Part shown: positions 48,846 through 57,940 of the stretch, one piece after another
Numbering within the stretch: position 1 is the first letter of the stretch
How the letters are laid out: each line of letters starts with the position of its first letter
Source: Winogradskyella sp.
Lineage (GTDB): Bacteria > Bacteroidota > Bacteroidia > Flavobacteriales > Flavobacteriaceae
Assembly (NCBI RefSeq): GCF_965656915.1
Contig: NZ_CBFHMI010000004.1
Span: forward strand, 14,125 to 78,124
Reading direction: 5' to 3'
DNA length: 64,000 bases
Position numbers and translations under genes: made by a program
The notes under the pieces: model-generated
What the model saw: the letters and a program-made list of their open reading frames with translations, nothing else
The model's database searches: none
What the model was told of the DNA's origin: nothing

Positions 48846-51224
48846 TTGGATATAAACAATAACATAGAATCACCTTTTATTATTAAGGTTAGCTTCAATA
48901 AATTATTAAATCAGTATGAAAATTTAATTACTGCAGATAATGATTTTATTGCGTCTAATGCACGTCGTGTGATAAAAATAGCAGAAGAAAATCCTATTTT
49001 AAGGGACGGCTTTAGTGACTATTCAATTTTTGAGAAATACGAAAAAGAAATAGAAGGAATATTACAAGATTCATTCAGTCCTATATTGACAAAGAATGAA
49101 ATTAAAACAGCGACAATTCCTTTTCAAAATTTTATTTTTAATTCTTCTGAGCGATTTAATGCTATATTAGAAACTGCTGGTAAGGACTTTGAGTTGGAAA
49201 TAAAAAATATGCCAACAGATCAAACCTATATTATAGCTTGCACAATCATATTAAACTTTTGTTACGGTTATAGTTTAAACTTTAAACGTCCATTTTTTTA
49301 AGAAATACCTGATGCAAACGGTATATTAAGATATTACAAGATTCTGTATAACGCCGATTTTACGGAAATCGCACCAAAATCATCTGCTCCAAAAATTACT
49401 CAGGAAGATTATGACGAGTTATTGGATAATTTTGAGAACATTGACCTTTGGAAAGAGAAATTTCCACCTAATAGTTATGAATTTAAGGGCTTTGTAATTT
49501 CAAATATTTTCGATGTTACGGACGATCAATCGATTTCTAATATTAAATCATCATTAATTGGTGAAGATAAACGCAAGAGTGAAAACTTTATGAAAAGTTT
49601 TCATGAAATTTTCCGTTCGCTATTAGGGTTAAAAGATATAAAAGTTGGTTTTTCTATTTATATAGAAGAGGATGAAAGCTTTGAACGTGTTTATGGTGTT
49701 GGGATGGAAAGTTATCTTTTAAATGATAATGCGACATTAAAATGTTCTGAGGCAATGTGTAACTGGTCTTACCAGACCTTAATGAAGGATAAGAAGTTTT
49801 ATGCGGTTTCTGATGTAGATAAGTTTTGTAAAATATCTAAAGGAAAGGCTCCTCAGTACAAAGCATTAAAAGAACAAGGCATTAAAAGTGCCATTTTAGC
49901 TCCAATTGCTAATGAGCAAGGACTAATGGGTATTTTGGAAATTGTTTCTGATAAACCTAAAGTTTTAAATAGTATTAACGCGAACAAATTGGTGGATGTG
50001 ATGCCATTTATTGTTTCGGCTGTTGAACGTTCTAAAAATGAAGAAGCGAATTTAGTAGAAGCCATTATTCAAAAAGAATGCACATCTATACACTCTAGTG
50101 TACATTGGAAATTTGTTCAGGAAGCAAGAAATTATATAAAAACAGAATTTAATACAGGAGAATCGCCAACCTTTAAGAAAATTGCATTTGAGGATGTATA
50201 TCCATTATTCGGGCAGATTGATGTAAAAGAATCATCAAAAGCAAGAAATAATGCTACTCAAAAAGATTTATCCCTTCAGTTAAGTCTGGCGGAAAAAATC
50301 TTAAATAAAACATTAGAAGAAAAAAGTTTACCAATCTACGAGCAAATAAAGTTTCAAATTATTGAATTCAATAACGATTTAAAAACAAATTTCAAAGTAG
50401 ATAGTGAACATGCAATAACCGTGTTTTTAAGAGATGAGGTGAAACCGGTTTTTGAATTAATTGCACAAACAGAGTCTGCCGTAAAAGAAGACATTGAAGA
50501 TTACTTCAGTAAAATAGATGATGATTTAGATGTTATCTATTTTTACAGAAGGCATTATGATGATACGGTTAAGTTAATTAATACTAATATGTCATCATTA
50601 ATAGATGAAAAACAAGTTGAGGCTCAGAAAATGTATCCGCATTTCTTTGAACGTTTCAAAACTGACGGTGTAGAGCACAATATGTATATTGGTGAATCTA
50701 TAACAAAGCACGATAGCTTTAACATGATTTATCTTTATAATCTGAGGTTATGGCAACTTCAGGTAATGTGTGAGATGGAAAATGAATATTACCAAAGTCA
50801 ACATGAGTATCCTCTAGGATTAGATGTCGCATCTATGGTATTGGTGTTTAATCAACCGTTATCTATCCGTTTTAGAATGGATGAAAAACGCTTTGATGTA
50901 GACGGAACTTACAATGCACGATATGAAGTTGTAAAAAAACGCGTCGACAAAGCATTTATAAAAGGCACCGAAGAACGTATTACTGAAAAAGGTAAACTTA
51001 CTATAGTTTATTCTCAAAAAGAAGACGAGGAAGAATATGTGAGATACATTAGATTCTTACAGTCTAAAAATGTTCTGGATTATGATTTAGAAATTCTTGA
51101 GCTCGAAGATTTACAAGGCGTTACTGGATTAAAGGCGTTGAGAGTGAATATACTTTATCACAATGAAAATGATGATAAAAATTTCTATACTTACGATGAT
51201 TTAATGGAAACTATTAAATCTTAA
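48846..51224 (+). pseudogene. GAF-domain protein with C-terminal cyclase-like domain, interrupted by one in-frame TAA
   Basis: ORFs 48822-49301 and 49422-51224 share a frame; KRPFF*EIPDANG reads on after TAA 49299-49301; GAF motif GIKSAILAPI....LMGILEI. Confidence 0.8.
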
Positions 51225-52485
51225 AAATTCTTTTATCCACTTTATTTTGCTGAAAATTGTAGGTTGTGGCCTTTTCTGGTATCACATCTTCAATTTCAAT
51301 TCCCGGATTATTCTTTACCGCAATTCCAAAAGAAATTAAAGAGACAATAATACCAATCATAAACACCGTGTATGTGATTCTTAATAATCTGTATTTACGC
51401 TCAAGTACTTTACCTAAAAAGTATAAATCTTTGGTCAGCGCTTTGTATATATAGTCCTTGTCTTGTACCATTTCTTTTATGGCCCATTCAAATTCATCCA
51501 ATTCCATTTTATGAAAGTTTCCAAAGAAACTTAAATTCACTTTTTGGTTTTTTACATCTTCTTTAGTGAATTGACCACTAGTAACATTAGGACGTGTGGC
51601 AATAATCGATAAAACCATAGATATCACACAAAACAAGGTAAAAATAACAGTAGGCCATGTGAGATAAGGGTTAGTATCTAATTTAGATATTAAATTTGCC
51701 AAGACAACAGAAATAATAATAGCATTTACTGATAATAAAATATTGGCTTTAGTATCTGCAATGTCACTTAACTTTATATGATTTCTCAATGCTACCCTAT
51801 AGAATGTTTGCACACCACGATCTGGACTTTCACTTTTGTAACGTGCTTTGTACTTCGCCTTAAGTTTTTCAATGTTAATTTTTCTTTTACGCTTTTTCTT
51901 TTTGCCCATTAATTTGGCAAGGTTTTTTTCCTTTCTTGGTTGCCAATTTTTTAAAGCATATTCTGTATGGTATTGATGTTTCTCCGTTAAGACTTTAATA
52001 TTTTCAGCGCGCCACTCTGCCGGAGAATAGGACTTAATACCACGTAACTCTAGTTCTATTCTTAAAAATTCACTAGCTTCATTGAAGTACTTCTTTCCAA
52101 AATGCGAAGCATCTGCATCTCGAATTATTTTTTCAAGTTTATTGGTCGGTGTTGAATCAAATTTAGTGGCCATTATACAATCTGAAACAGACTTAATAAT
52201 GTTTTTACCAACACCTTTGCTCTTTAAAAAGGTTTCAGCAATTTTCACACTTTCAGCTTCATGATTTTCAGAACTTATCGTGTAGCCAACATCATGCAGT
52301 AATGCTGTTAATTCTAAAATTTCAGCCTCTTCTTTCGTAATATCAGAGTTTTCTATAAGTTCTCTTGTGCTTTTTAAAACCCGTTCTGTGTGTGTATTAT
52401 TATGATAAATAAATGTGTTAGGAAGTTCCTCTTTTAATAGGTTAAACACAAATTCTTGTGTGTCTTCAATAAGAGACTTTGCCAT
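51214..52485 (-). CDS. HD-domain phosphohydrolase fused to a PycTM/DUF5706 (Pycsar-effector-like) membrane domain
   Basis: YHN..HT, LLHDVGY, HE..S, DAD; then ADTKANILLSVNAIIIS, TMs, RP, FFGNF, LGKVLERKY.LLR..Y, TM. Confidence 0.85.
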   Translation of the reverse strand: MAKSLIEDTQEFVFNLLKEELPNTFIYHNNTHTERVLKSTRELIENSDITKEEAEILELTALLHDVGYTISSENHEAESVKIAETFLKSKGVGKNIIKSVSDCIMATKFDSTPTNKLEKIIRDADASHFGKKYFNEASEFLRIELELRGIKSYSPAEWRAENIKVLTEKHQYHTEYALKNWQPRKEKNLAKLMGKKKKRKRKINIEKLKAKYKARYKSESPDRGVQTFYRVALRNHIKLSDIADTKANILLSVNAIIISVVLANLISKLDTNPYLTWPTVIFTLFCVISMVLSIIATRPNVTSGQFTKEDVKNQKVNLSFFGNFHKMELDEFEWAIKEMVQDKDYIYKALTKDLYFLGKVLERKYRLLRITYTVFMIGIIVSLISFGIAVKNNPGIEIEDVIPEKATTYNFQQNKVDKRIFKI

Positions 52486-52596
52486 AAAGGGTTTAAATTT
52501 TAGAATTAGGTCTAAATTACGAAAAATACAAGACTTAACATTTTATTAAATGCAAGGCAACCTTCGAAGTTGTATTTTTATAAAGTGACAAGACAA

Positions 52597-52622
52597 TGTA
52601 ATATTTCCATGTATTTGTCGAC
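52597..52622 (+). promoter_or_regulatory. putative ECF-sigma promoter
   Basis: TGTAAT-N16-CGAC upstream of selO. Confidence 0.4.
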
Positions 52623-52669
52623 AAAACTTAAACAACATTTCAACCAAAAATAACTTTTGGTTTCATTTT

Positions 52670-54232
52670 ATGAAATTAAAAATAGCGAATACCTTTAATA
52701 ACGAATTACCATCTGATCCTATCCGGGAAAATACGAGACGAAAAGTATTTAATGCTACACACTCTTACGTTCTTCCTAAAGTACCTTCAAACCCTAAATT
52801 AGCTCATGCTTCAAAAGAAATGGCTCAGAATTTAGGTATAAGTGAAGAAGAACTACAATCTGAAGAATTTTTAAATATATTTTCTGGTACAAAAGTATAT
52901 CCTAAAACCAAACCTTATGCCATGGCTTATGCAGGACACCAATTTGGAAATTGGGCTGGGCAATTAGGTGATGGCAGAGCTATAAATCTATTTGAAATTA
53001 AGCACAATGATAAACGCTGGGCTTTGCAGCTTAAAGGCTCAGGAGAAACACCGTATTCTAGACAAGGAGATGGATTGGCGGTTTTAAGATCTTCAATAAG
53101 GGAATATCTGTGTAGTGAAGCCATGCATCATTTAGGAATACCTACAACCAGAGCATTGAGTTTAATGTTGTCCGGAGACGATGTTTTGAGAGATATGCTT
53201 TACGATGGTAATGCCGACTATGAAAAAGGAGCCATTGTGTGTCGTGTAGCACCAACCTTTATTCGTTTCGGAAATTTTGAGTTGTTTGCAGCAAGACAAG
53301 ACCATATAAATCTAAAAAAGATAACCGATTATACCATTAAATACTTCTTTTCGTCCTTAGGTAAACCATCGAAAGACACTTATATCAAGTTTTTTAGTGA
53401 AGTGTCACAACGGACGTTAGAGATGATTGTACATTGGCAACGCGTAGGTTTTGTCCATGGTGTCATGAATACCGATAACATGTCTATTCTAGGTTTAACT
53501 ATAGATTATGGCCCTTACGGTTGGCTCGAAGGCTTTGATTTTGGATGGACGCCAAACACTACAGACCGCCAGAATAAACGCTATCGATATGGTAACCAGC
53601 CTAATGTTGGTCTATGGAACCTGCTGCAGCTCGCAAATGCCTTATATCCTTTGGTTGAAGATGCAGAACCATTTGAAAATATCTTAAATCAATTTCAAAA
53701 AGATTTTGATGATAAATCACTAGACATGATGCGTTCTAAGTTAGGCTTGCAATTAAAGGATTCAGAGGATTCCAAGTTAATAGAGCGTTTAGAACAGTGC
53801 CTTTTACTCACAGAAACGGATATGACTATTTTCTTCAGGAATTTAGCTAATTGTAAGAAAGAAAATTCGAAAAATAATTTAGATAGTATTTCTGAAGCCT
53901 TTTATAAACCAGAAGAGTTAAAAGATGTAGTAATAGAGCAATGGCAATCTTGGTTTAATGCGTATCATCAAAGGTTAAAAATAGAGAATTTATCAGATAT
54001 TGAAAGAAAGGAAATAATGAATGCTGTAAATCCTAAGTATGTGCTAAGAAATTATATGGCACAATTGGCAATTGATGATGCTAACAAAGGTGATTATAAT
54101 TTAGTGGATGAATTATTTCAAGTCCTCAAAAAACCATATACTGAGCAGCCGGAATTTGAGAAATGGTTTGCAAAACGCCCAGAATGGGCAAGGCATAAAG
54201 TAGGCTGTTCTATGTTGTCTTGTAGTTCTTAA
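52670..54232 (+). CDS. selO: SelO/YdiU protein adenylyltransferase
   Basis: GHQFG..AGQLGDGR, KGSG.TPYSR.GDG.AVLRSSIRE, GFVHGVMNTDN, NPKYVLRNY, C-terminal CSS. Confidence 0.94.
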   Translation: MKLKIANTFNNELPSDPIRENTRRKVFNATHSYVLPKVPSNPKLAHASKEMAQNLGISEEELQSEEFLNIFSGTKVYPKTKPYAMAYAGHQFGNWAGQLGDGRAINLFEIKHNDKRWALQLKGSGETPYSRQGDGLAVLRSSIREYLCSEAMHHLGIPTTRALSLMLSGDDVLRDMLYDGNADYEKGAIVCRVAPTFIRFGNFELFAARQDHINLKKITDYTIKYFFSSLGKPSKDTYIKFFSEVSQRTLEMIVHWQRVGFVHGVMNTDNMSILGLTIDYGPYGWLEGFDFGWTPNTTDRQNKRYRYGNQPNVGLWNLLQLANALYPLVEDAEPFENILNQFQKDFDDKSLDMMRSKLGLQLKDSEDSKLIERLEQCLLLTETDMTIFFRNLANCKKENSKNNLDSISEAFYKPEELKDVVIEQWQSWFNAYHQRLKIENLSDIERKEIMNAVNPKYVLRNYMAQLAIDDANKGDYNLVDELFQVLKKPYTEQPEFEKWFAKRPEWARHKVGCSMLSCSS

Positions 54233-54287
54233 ATTAAAATTAGAAACGGTCTATTGAGCCCAGTCAAAATACATTAAAACGATAAAT

Positions 54288-54569
54288 ATGAAAGCCATTT
54301 GGAATAATCAGGTTATAGCAGAAAGCAACAATACAGTTGTTATAGAAGGAAATCACTATTTCCCACATGATAGTATAAATAAAGAATTTTTTAAATCTAG
54401 CGAAACGCATACAGTTTGCCCTTGGAAAGGGACAGCATACTATTATACCTTAGATGTAGATGGTAAAGAAAACACAGATGCAGCTTGGTTTTATCCACAA
54501 GTTTCAGAATTGGCTAAAGGCATTAAAAACCATGTTGCGTTCTGGAGAGGTGTAGTAGTAGAAGAGTAG
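54288..54569 (+). CDS. DUF427 protein
   Basis: IAES....EGNHYFP, T.CPWKG.A.YY, AAW.YP, VAFW. Confidence 0.92.
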   Translation: MKAIWNNQVIAESNNTVVIEGNHYFPHDSINKEFFKSSETHTVCPWKGTAYYYTLDVDGKENTDAAWFYPQVSELAKGIKNHVAFWRGVVVEE

Positions 54570-54597
54570 AGGTATACTGAACTAAATTCAGCATAAA

Positions 54598-55821
54598 ATG
54601 AAAAGCAAAAAACTCAAAATAGAGAATAAAAAAGGATTTGTACTCAATGCCTCTTTAGAGCTTCCTGCGAATCAAAAACCAAACTACTATGCCATTTTTG
54701 CACATTGTTTTACATGTAGTAGTAGTTTAAATGCAGTGAGACATGTGAGTAGAGCTTTAACTCAAGATGGTTTTGCTGTAGTACGATTCGATTTTACAGG
54801 TTTGGGTCGCAGTGAAGGTGAATTTGCGGATAGTCATTTTTCTGCAAATGTTGAAGATTTAATGGATGTTCATGCCTACATGAAAAAGCACTACGAGGCT
54901 CCAAGTTTGTTGATTGGTCATTCTTTGGGTGGTGCAGCTGTACTGGTAGCGGCTTCTGAGTTAGATGCTGTAAAAGCAGTTGCGACCATTGGAGCACCAG
55001 CGACGGTAAACCATGTAAAGCATTTGTTTACACATCAAGTGGAAGATGTAAAAGATGATGAAGAAGTAGAAGTCAATATTGGTGGAAGACCATTTGTAAT
55101 CAACAAAGGTTTTCTTGAAGAATTTGAAAAAACAGATTTGCCAAAAACGATTAAAAGTCTAAGAAAGCCGTTATTGATTATGCATGCACCATTTGATAAA
55201 ATTGTGGGTATAGAGAATGCAGAACAACTATATAGAAACGCTCATCATCCAAAGAGTTTTGTAACATTAGATAATGCTGACCATTTATTGACAGATGAAA
55301 GAGATAGTCAATATGCAGGAGACGTTATTGGGACTTGGGCTAAGCGTTATTTTCCTAAAGAAGAAAATACAATGCTAAGTACGGAAGGGGAACAATTAGT
55401 TGGTCATTTAAATATTATTGAAGATAATTTTACAACCTCTATTCAAACCAAAAACCACACCTTCTTGGCAGATGAACCATCAAGTATTGGAGGAAGTGAT
55501 TTCGGTCCGTCACCTTACGAGTATTTAAATGCAGCATTAGCAGCCTGTACAGTTATGACACTTAAAATGTATGCGGAACGAAAAAAATGGGATTTACAAG
55601 AAGTGTTTGTTTATATATCGCACTCAAGAAAACACAGTGATGATTTACAATTTGCAGGAGATAAGCCAAAATACTTAGATCATATCAGTAAAAAGCTAAA
55701 ATTTGTAGGTCAACTAGACGCTACTCAAAAAGAGAGGCTAAAGGAAATCGCCTCGCGCTGTCCAGTGCATAAAACCATTGCAAGCGAAGTAATATTTGAA
55801 ACTGAAATAATTAAAAATTAA
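54598..55821 (+). CDS. bifunctional alpha/beta-hydrolase / OsmC protein
   Basis: FAHCFTC, GHSLGG; ADEP...GG.D.GP.PY.YL.AAL.ACT.MT, RCPVH. Confidence 0.92.
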   Translation: MKSKKLKIENKKGFVLNASLELPANQKPNYYAIFAHCFTCSSSLNAVRHVSRALTQDGFAVVRFDFTGLGRSEGEFADSHFSANVEDLMDVHAYMKKHYEAPSLLIGHSLGGAAVLVAASELDAVKAVATIGAPATVNHVKHLFTHQVEDVKDDEEVEVNIGGRPFVINKGFLEEFEKTDLPKTIKSLRKPLLIMHAPFDKIVGIENAEQLYRNAHHPKSFVTLDNADHLLTDERDSQYAGDVIGTWAKRYFPKEENTMLSTEGEQLVGHLNIIEDNFTTSIQTKNHTFLADEPSSIGGSDFGPSPYEYLNAALAACTVMTLKMYAERKKWDLQEVFVYISHSRKHSDDLQFAGDKPKYLDHISKKLKFVGQLDATQKERLKEIASRCPVHKTIASEVIFETEIIKN

Positions 55822-55823
55822 AA

Positions 55824-56990
55824 TTGGAAACGATAACAACCAAAACCATAACAAAGTCAGAATTCTTAGAGACACGACAGACAACTCAAGATATCTGTCA
55901 GTCACTAAATCCTGAAGATACATCCATACAGCCTGTTGAATTTGTGTCACCTCCAAAATGGCATTTAGCACATACGACGTGGTTTTTTGAGCAATTTGTT
56001 CTAACAACGTATATGAAGGGTTATGAAGTCTTTCATCCAGACTATACGTATTACTTTAATAGTTATTATAATAATGTTGGAGAGCGTGTGATGAGAAGCA
56101 GTCGCGGACTAATGACAAGACCAACTTTAAATGAGGTATTAGATTATAGAGCCTATGTAGACATGCATATGGCAAAGTTTTTATCGGAAGATATTTCCGT
56201 TGAGATAAGTGATGTTATAGGAATCGGGCTTCAGCATGAGCAGCAACATCAAGAACTTTTAATCTATGATATAAAGTACATATTCGGTCACCAACCATCT
56301 TTTCCAACTTTAGACTATCCAATTCAGCTACAAAAAGAGAAGCATTCGCGAGATTTTATAAGTATTCCTGAAGGAGTTTATGAAATAGGTCATGAAGGTG
56401 ATAACTTCTGCTTTGATAACGAATTAGGAAGACACAATGTTTACCTTCATGAATATGAAATCTCCAATAAGTTGATTACAAATGGAGAATATTTAGAGTT
56501 TATAAATGATGGTGGTTACAAAGATTTTAACTTATGGCATGCAGAGGGTTGGGATTACATTAAAAATAAAGAGGTTTTAGCACCAATGTATTGGCATTAT
56601 AAAGATAAACGATGGAAATTCTATACCTTGAATGGGTTTGGTGAGATAGAATTAGACCTCCCTGTAACTCACATATCTTTTTATGAGGCTTTCGCCTTTG
56701 CACAATGGAAAGGCATGCGTTTGCCAACTGAATTTGAATGGGAAGTAGCGTCACCTCAATTTAATTATGGACAACTGTGGGAATGGACTAATAGTGCCTA
56801 TTTACCGTATCCTAATTACACTAAGGTAGATGGTGTCTTAGGTGAGTACAATGGTAAATTTATGGTGAATCAAATGGTGCTAAGAGGACATTCTGTAGCA
56901 ACCTCCAAAAACCATAGCAGACCGACATACCGTAATTTTTTTCATTCAGAAATGCGTTGGTTATTTTCTGGAATAAGACTTGTAAAATAA
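55824..56990 (+). CDS. egtB: ergothioneine sulfoxide synthase
   Basis: SPPKWHLAHTTWFFE, FNSYY, HEQQHQEL, FGE-like domain with RLPTEFEWE, EYNGKFM, YRNFF. Confidence 0.93.
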   Translation: METITTKTITKSEFLETRQTTQDICQSLNPEDTSIQPVEFVSPPKWHLAHTTWFFEQFVLTTYMKGYEVFHPDYTYYFNSYYNNVGERVMRSSRGLMTRPTLNEVLDYRAYVDMHMAKFLSEDISVEISDVIGIGLQHEQQHQELLIYDIKYIFGHQPSFPTLDYPIQLQKEKHSRDFISIPEGVYEIGHEGDNFCFDNELGRHNVYLHEYEISNKLITNGEYLEFINDGGYKDFNLWHAEGWDYIKNKEVLAPMYWHYKDKRWKFYTLNGFGEIELDLPVTHISFYEAFAFAQWKGMRLPTEFEWEVASPQFNYGQLWEWTNSAYLPYPNYTKVDGVLGEYNGKFMVNQMVLRGHSVATSKNHSRPTYRNFFHSEMRWLFSGIRLVK

Positions 56991-56991
56991 T

Positions 56992-57933
56992 ATGGCAAAT
57001 ACATTTGCACAAGATGTGCTTAATGGCTTAACAGCTAAACAAAAATATTTATCCTCAAAATACTTCTATGATGATAATGGCAGTCGCATATTTCAGGAAA
57101 TAATGAATATGCCAGAGTATTATCTCACAGATGCTGAGTTCGAAATCTTATCAATGCAGTCTAAAAAGATTATTGATGCACTTCAATTTTCAGGAACTTT
57201 TAATATTGTGGAGTTAGGTGCAGGTGACGGATTTAAGACCTTTAAACTCTTGGAGTATTTAGTGAATAATAAAATCAGTTTTAATTATGTCCCAATAGAT
57301 ATCTCAAAAGAAGCTATTGATATTCTCACGGCTCGATTAAAAGAAAGATTACCAAGCATTAATATTAAGCCTAAAGTTGGTGATTACTTCGAATTATTAA
57401 AAGTAAATAAGCAAAGTAAGTATCCTAGCCTATTATTGTTTCTGGGTGGTAACATCGGAAATTATAAAGAGGATAAGGCACTGCGTTTGTTAGAGCTATT
57501 CAATGAAAATATGAAAAAAGGAGATAAGCTTTTAATTGGTTTTGACCTTAAAAAGAACCCAGTAACGATTCATAATGCCTATTATGATAAACATGGAATC
57601 ACAAAACGATTCAATCTCAATTTATTATTGCGAATTAATAGAGAGCTAGAAGCTGATTTTAAGATAGATGATTTTGACTTTTACTGTCATTACAATCCAA
57701 TTACTGGTGAAGTAAAAAGTTACATTGTAAGTCTTAAAAAACAACATGTTAAGATTAAAGCTTTAAATAAGACCATTGATTTTGATTACAATGAATTGAT
57801 ATGGACAGAACTCTCTAAAAAATATGCTATTGACGATATTCGTAGCTTAGCAGAACGCACTAATTTTAGTAATAACACTAACTTCCTAGACTGTAAACAT
57901 TACTTTACAGACAGTCTTTGGAAAAAAATATAA
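56992..57933 (+). CDS. egtD: L-histidine N-alpha-methyltransferase
   Basis: SKYFYDD.GS..F..I...PEYYLT, ELGAGDG.KT, AY.D..GIT..FN.NLL, TE.S.KY. Confidence 0.93.
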   Translation: MANTFAQDVLNGLTAKQKYLSSKYFYDDNGSRIFQEIMNMPEYYLTDAEFEILSMQSKKIIDALQFSGTFNIVELGAGDGFKTFKLLEYLVNNKISFNYVPIDISKEAIDILTARLKERLPSINIKPKVGDYFELLKVNKQSKYPSLLLFLGGNIGNYKEDKALRLLELFNENMKKGDKLLIGFDLKKNPVTIHNAYYDKHGITKRFNLNLLLRINRELEADFKIDDFDFYCHYNPITGEVKSYIVSLKKQHVKIKALNKTIDFDYNELIWTELSKKYAIDDIRSLAERTNFSNNTNFLDCKHYFTDSLWKKI

Positions 57934-57940
57934 ACTTAAT

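Noticed and set aside
49299-49301. Programmed stop-codon readthrough
   Set aside because: TAA is not a Sec/Pyl codon and no recoding signal is evident; mutation or error is simpler
51214-52485. Canonical Pycsar anti-phage operon
   Set aside because: No co-oriented PycC, effector is fused to an HD domain, and the context is not a defence island; kept only as a Pycsar-related hypothesis
54200-54232. Selenocysteine in SelO
   Set aside because: The C-terminus is encoded TGT-AGT-TCT-TAA (Cys-Ser-Ser); no in-frame TGA
55824-56990. Selenoneine synthase SenA
   Set aside because: No selD/SenC or SenB glycosyltransferase nearby; adjacency to egtD fits ordinary EgtB
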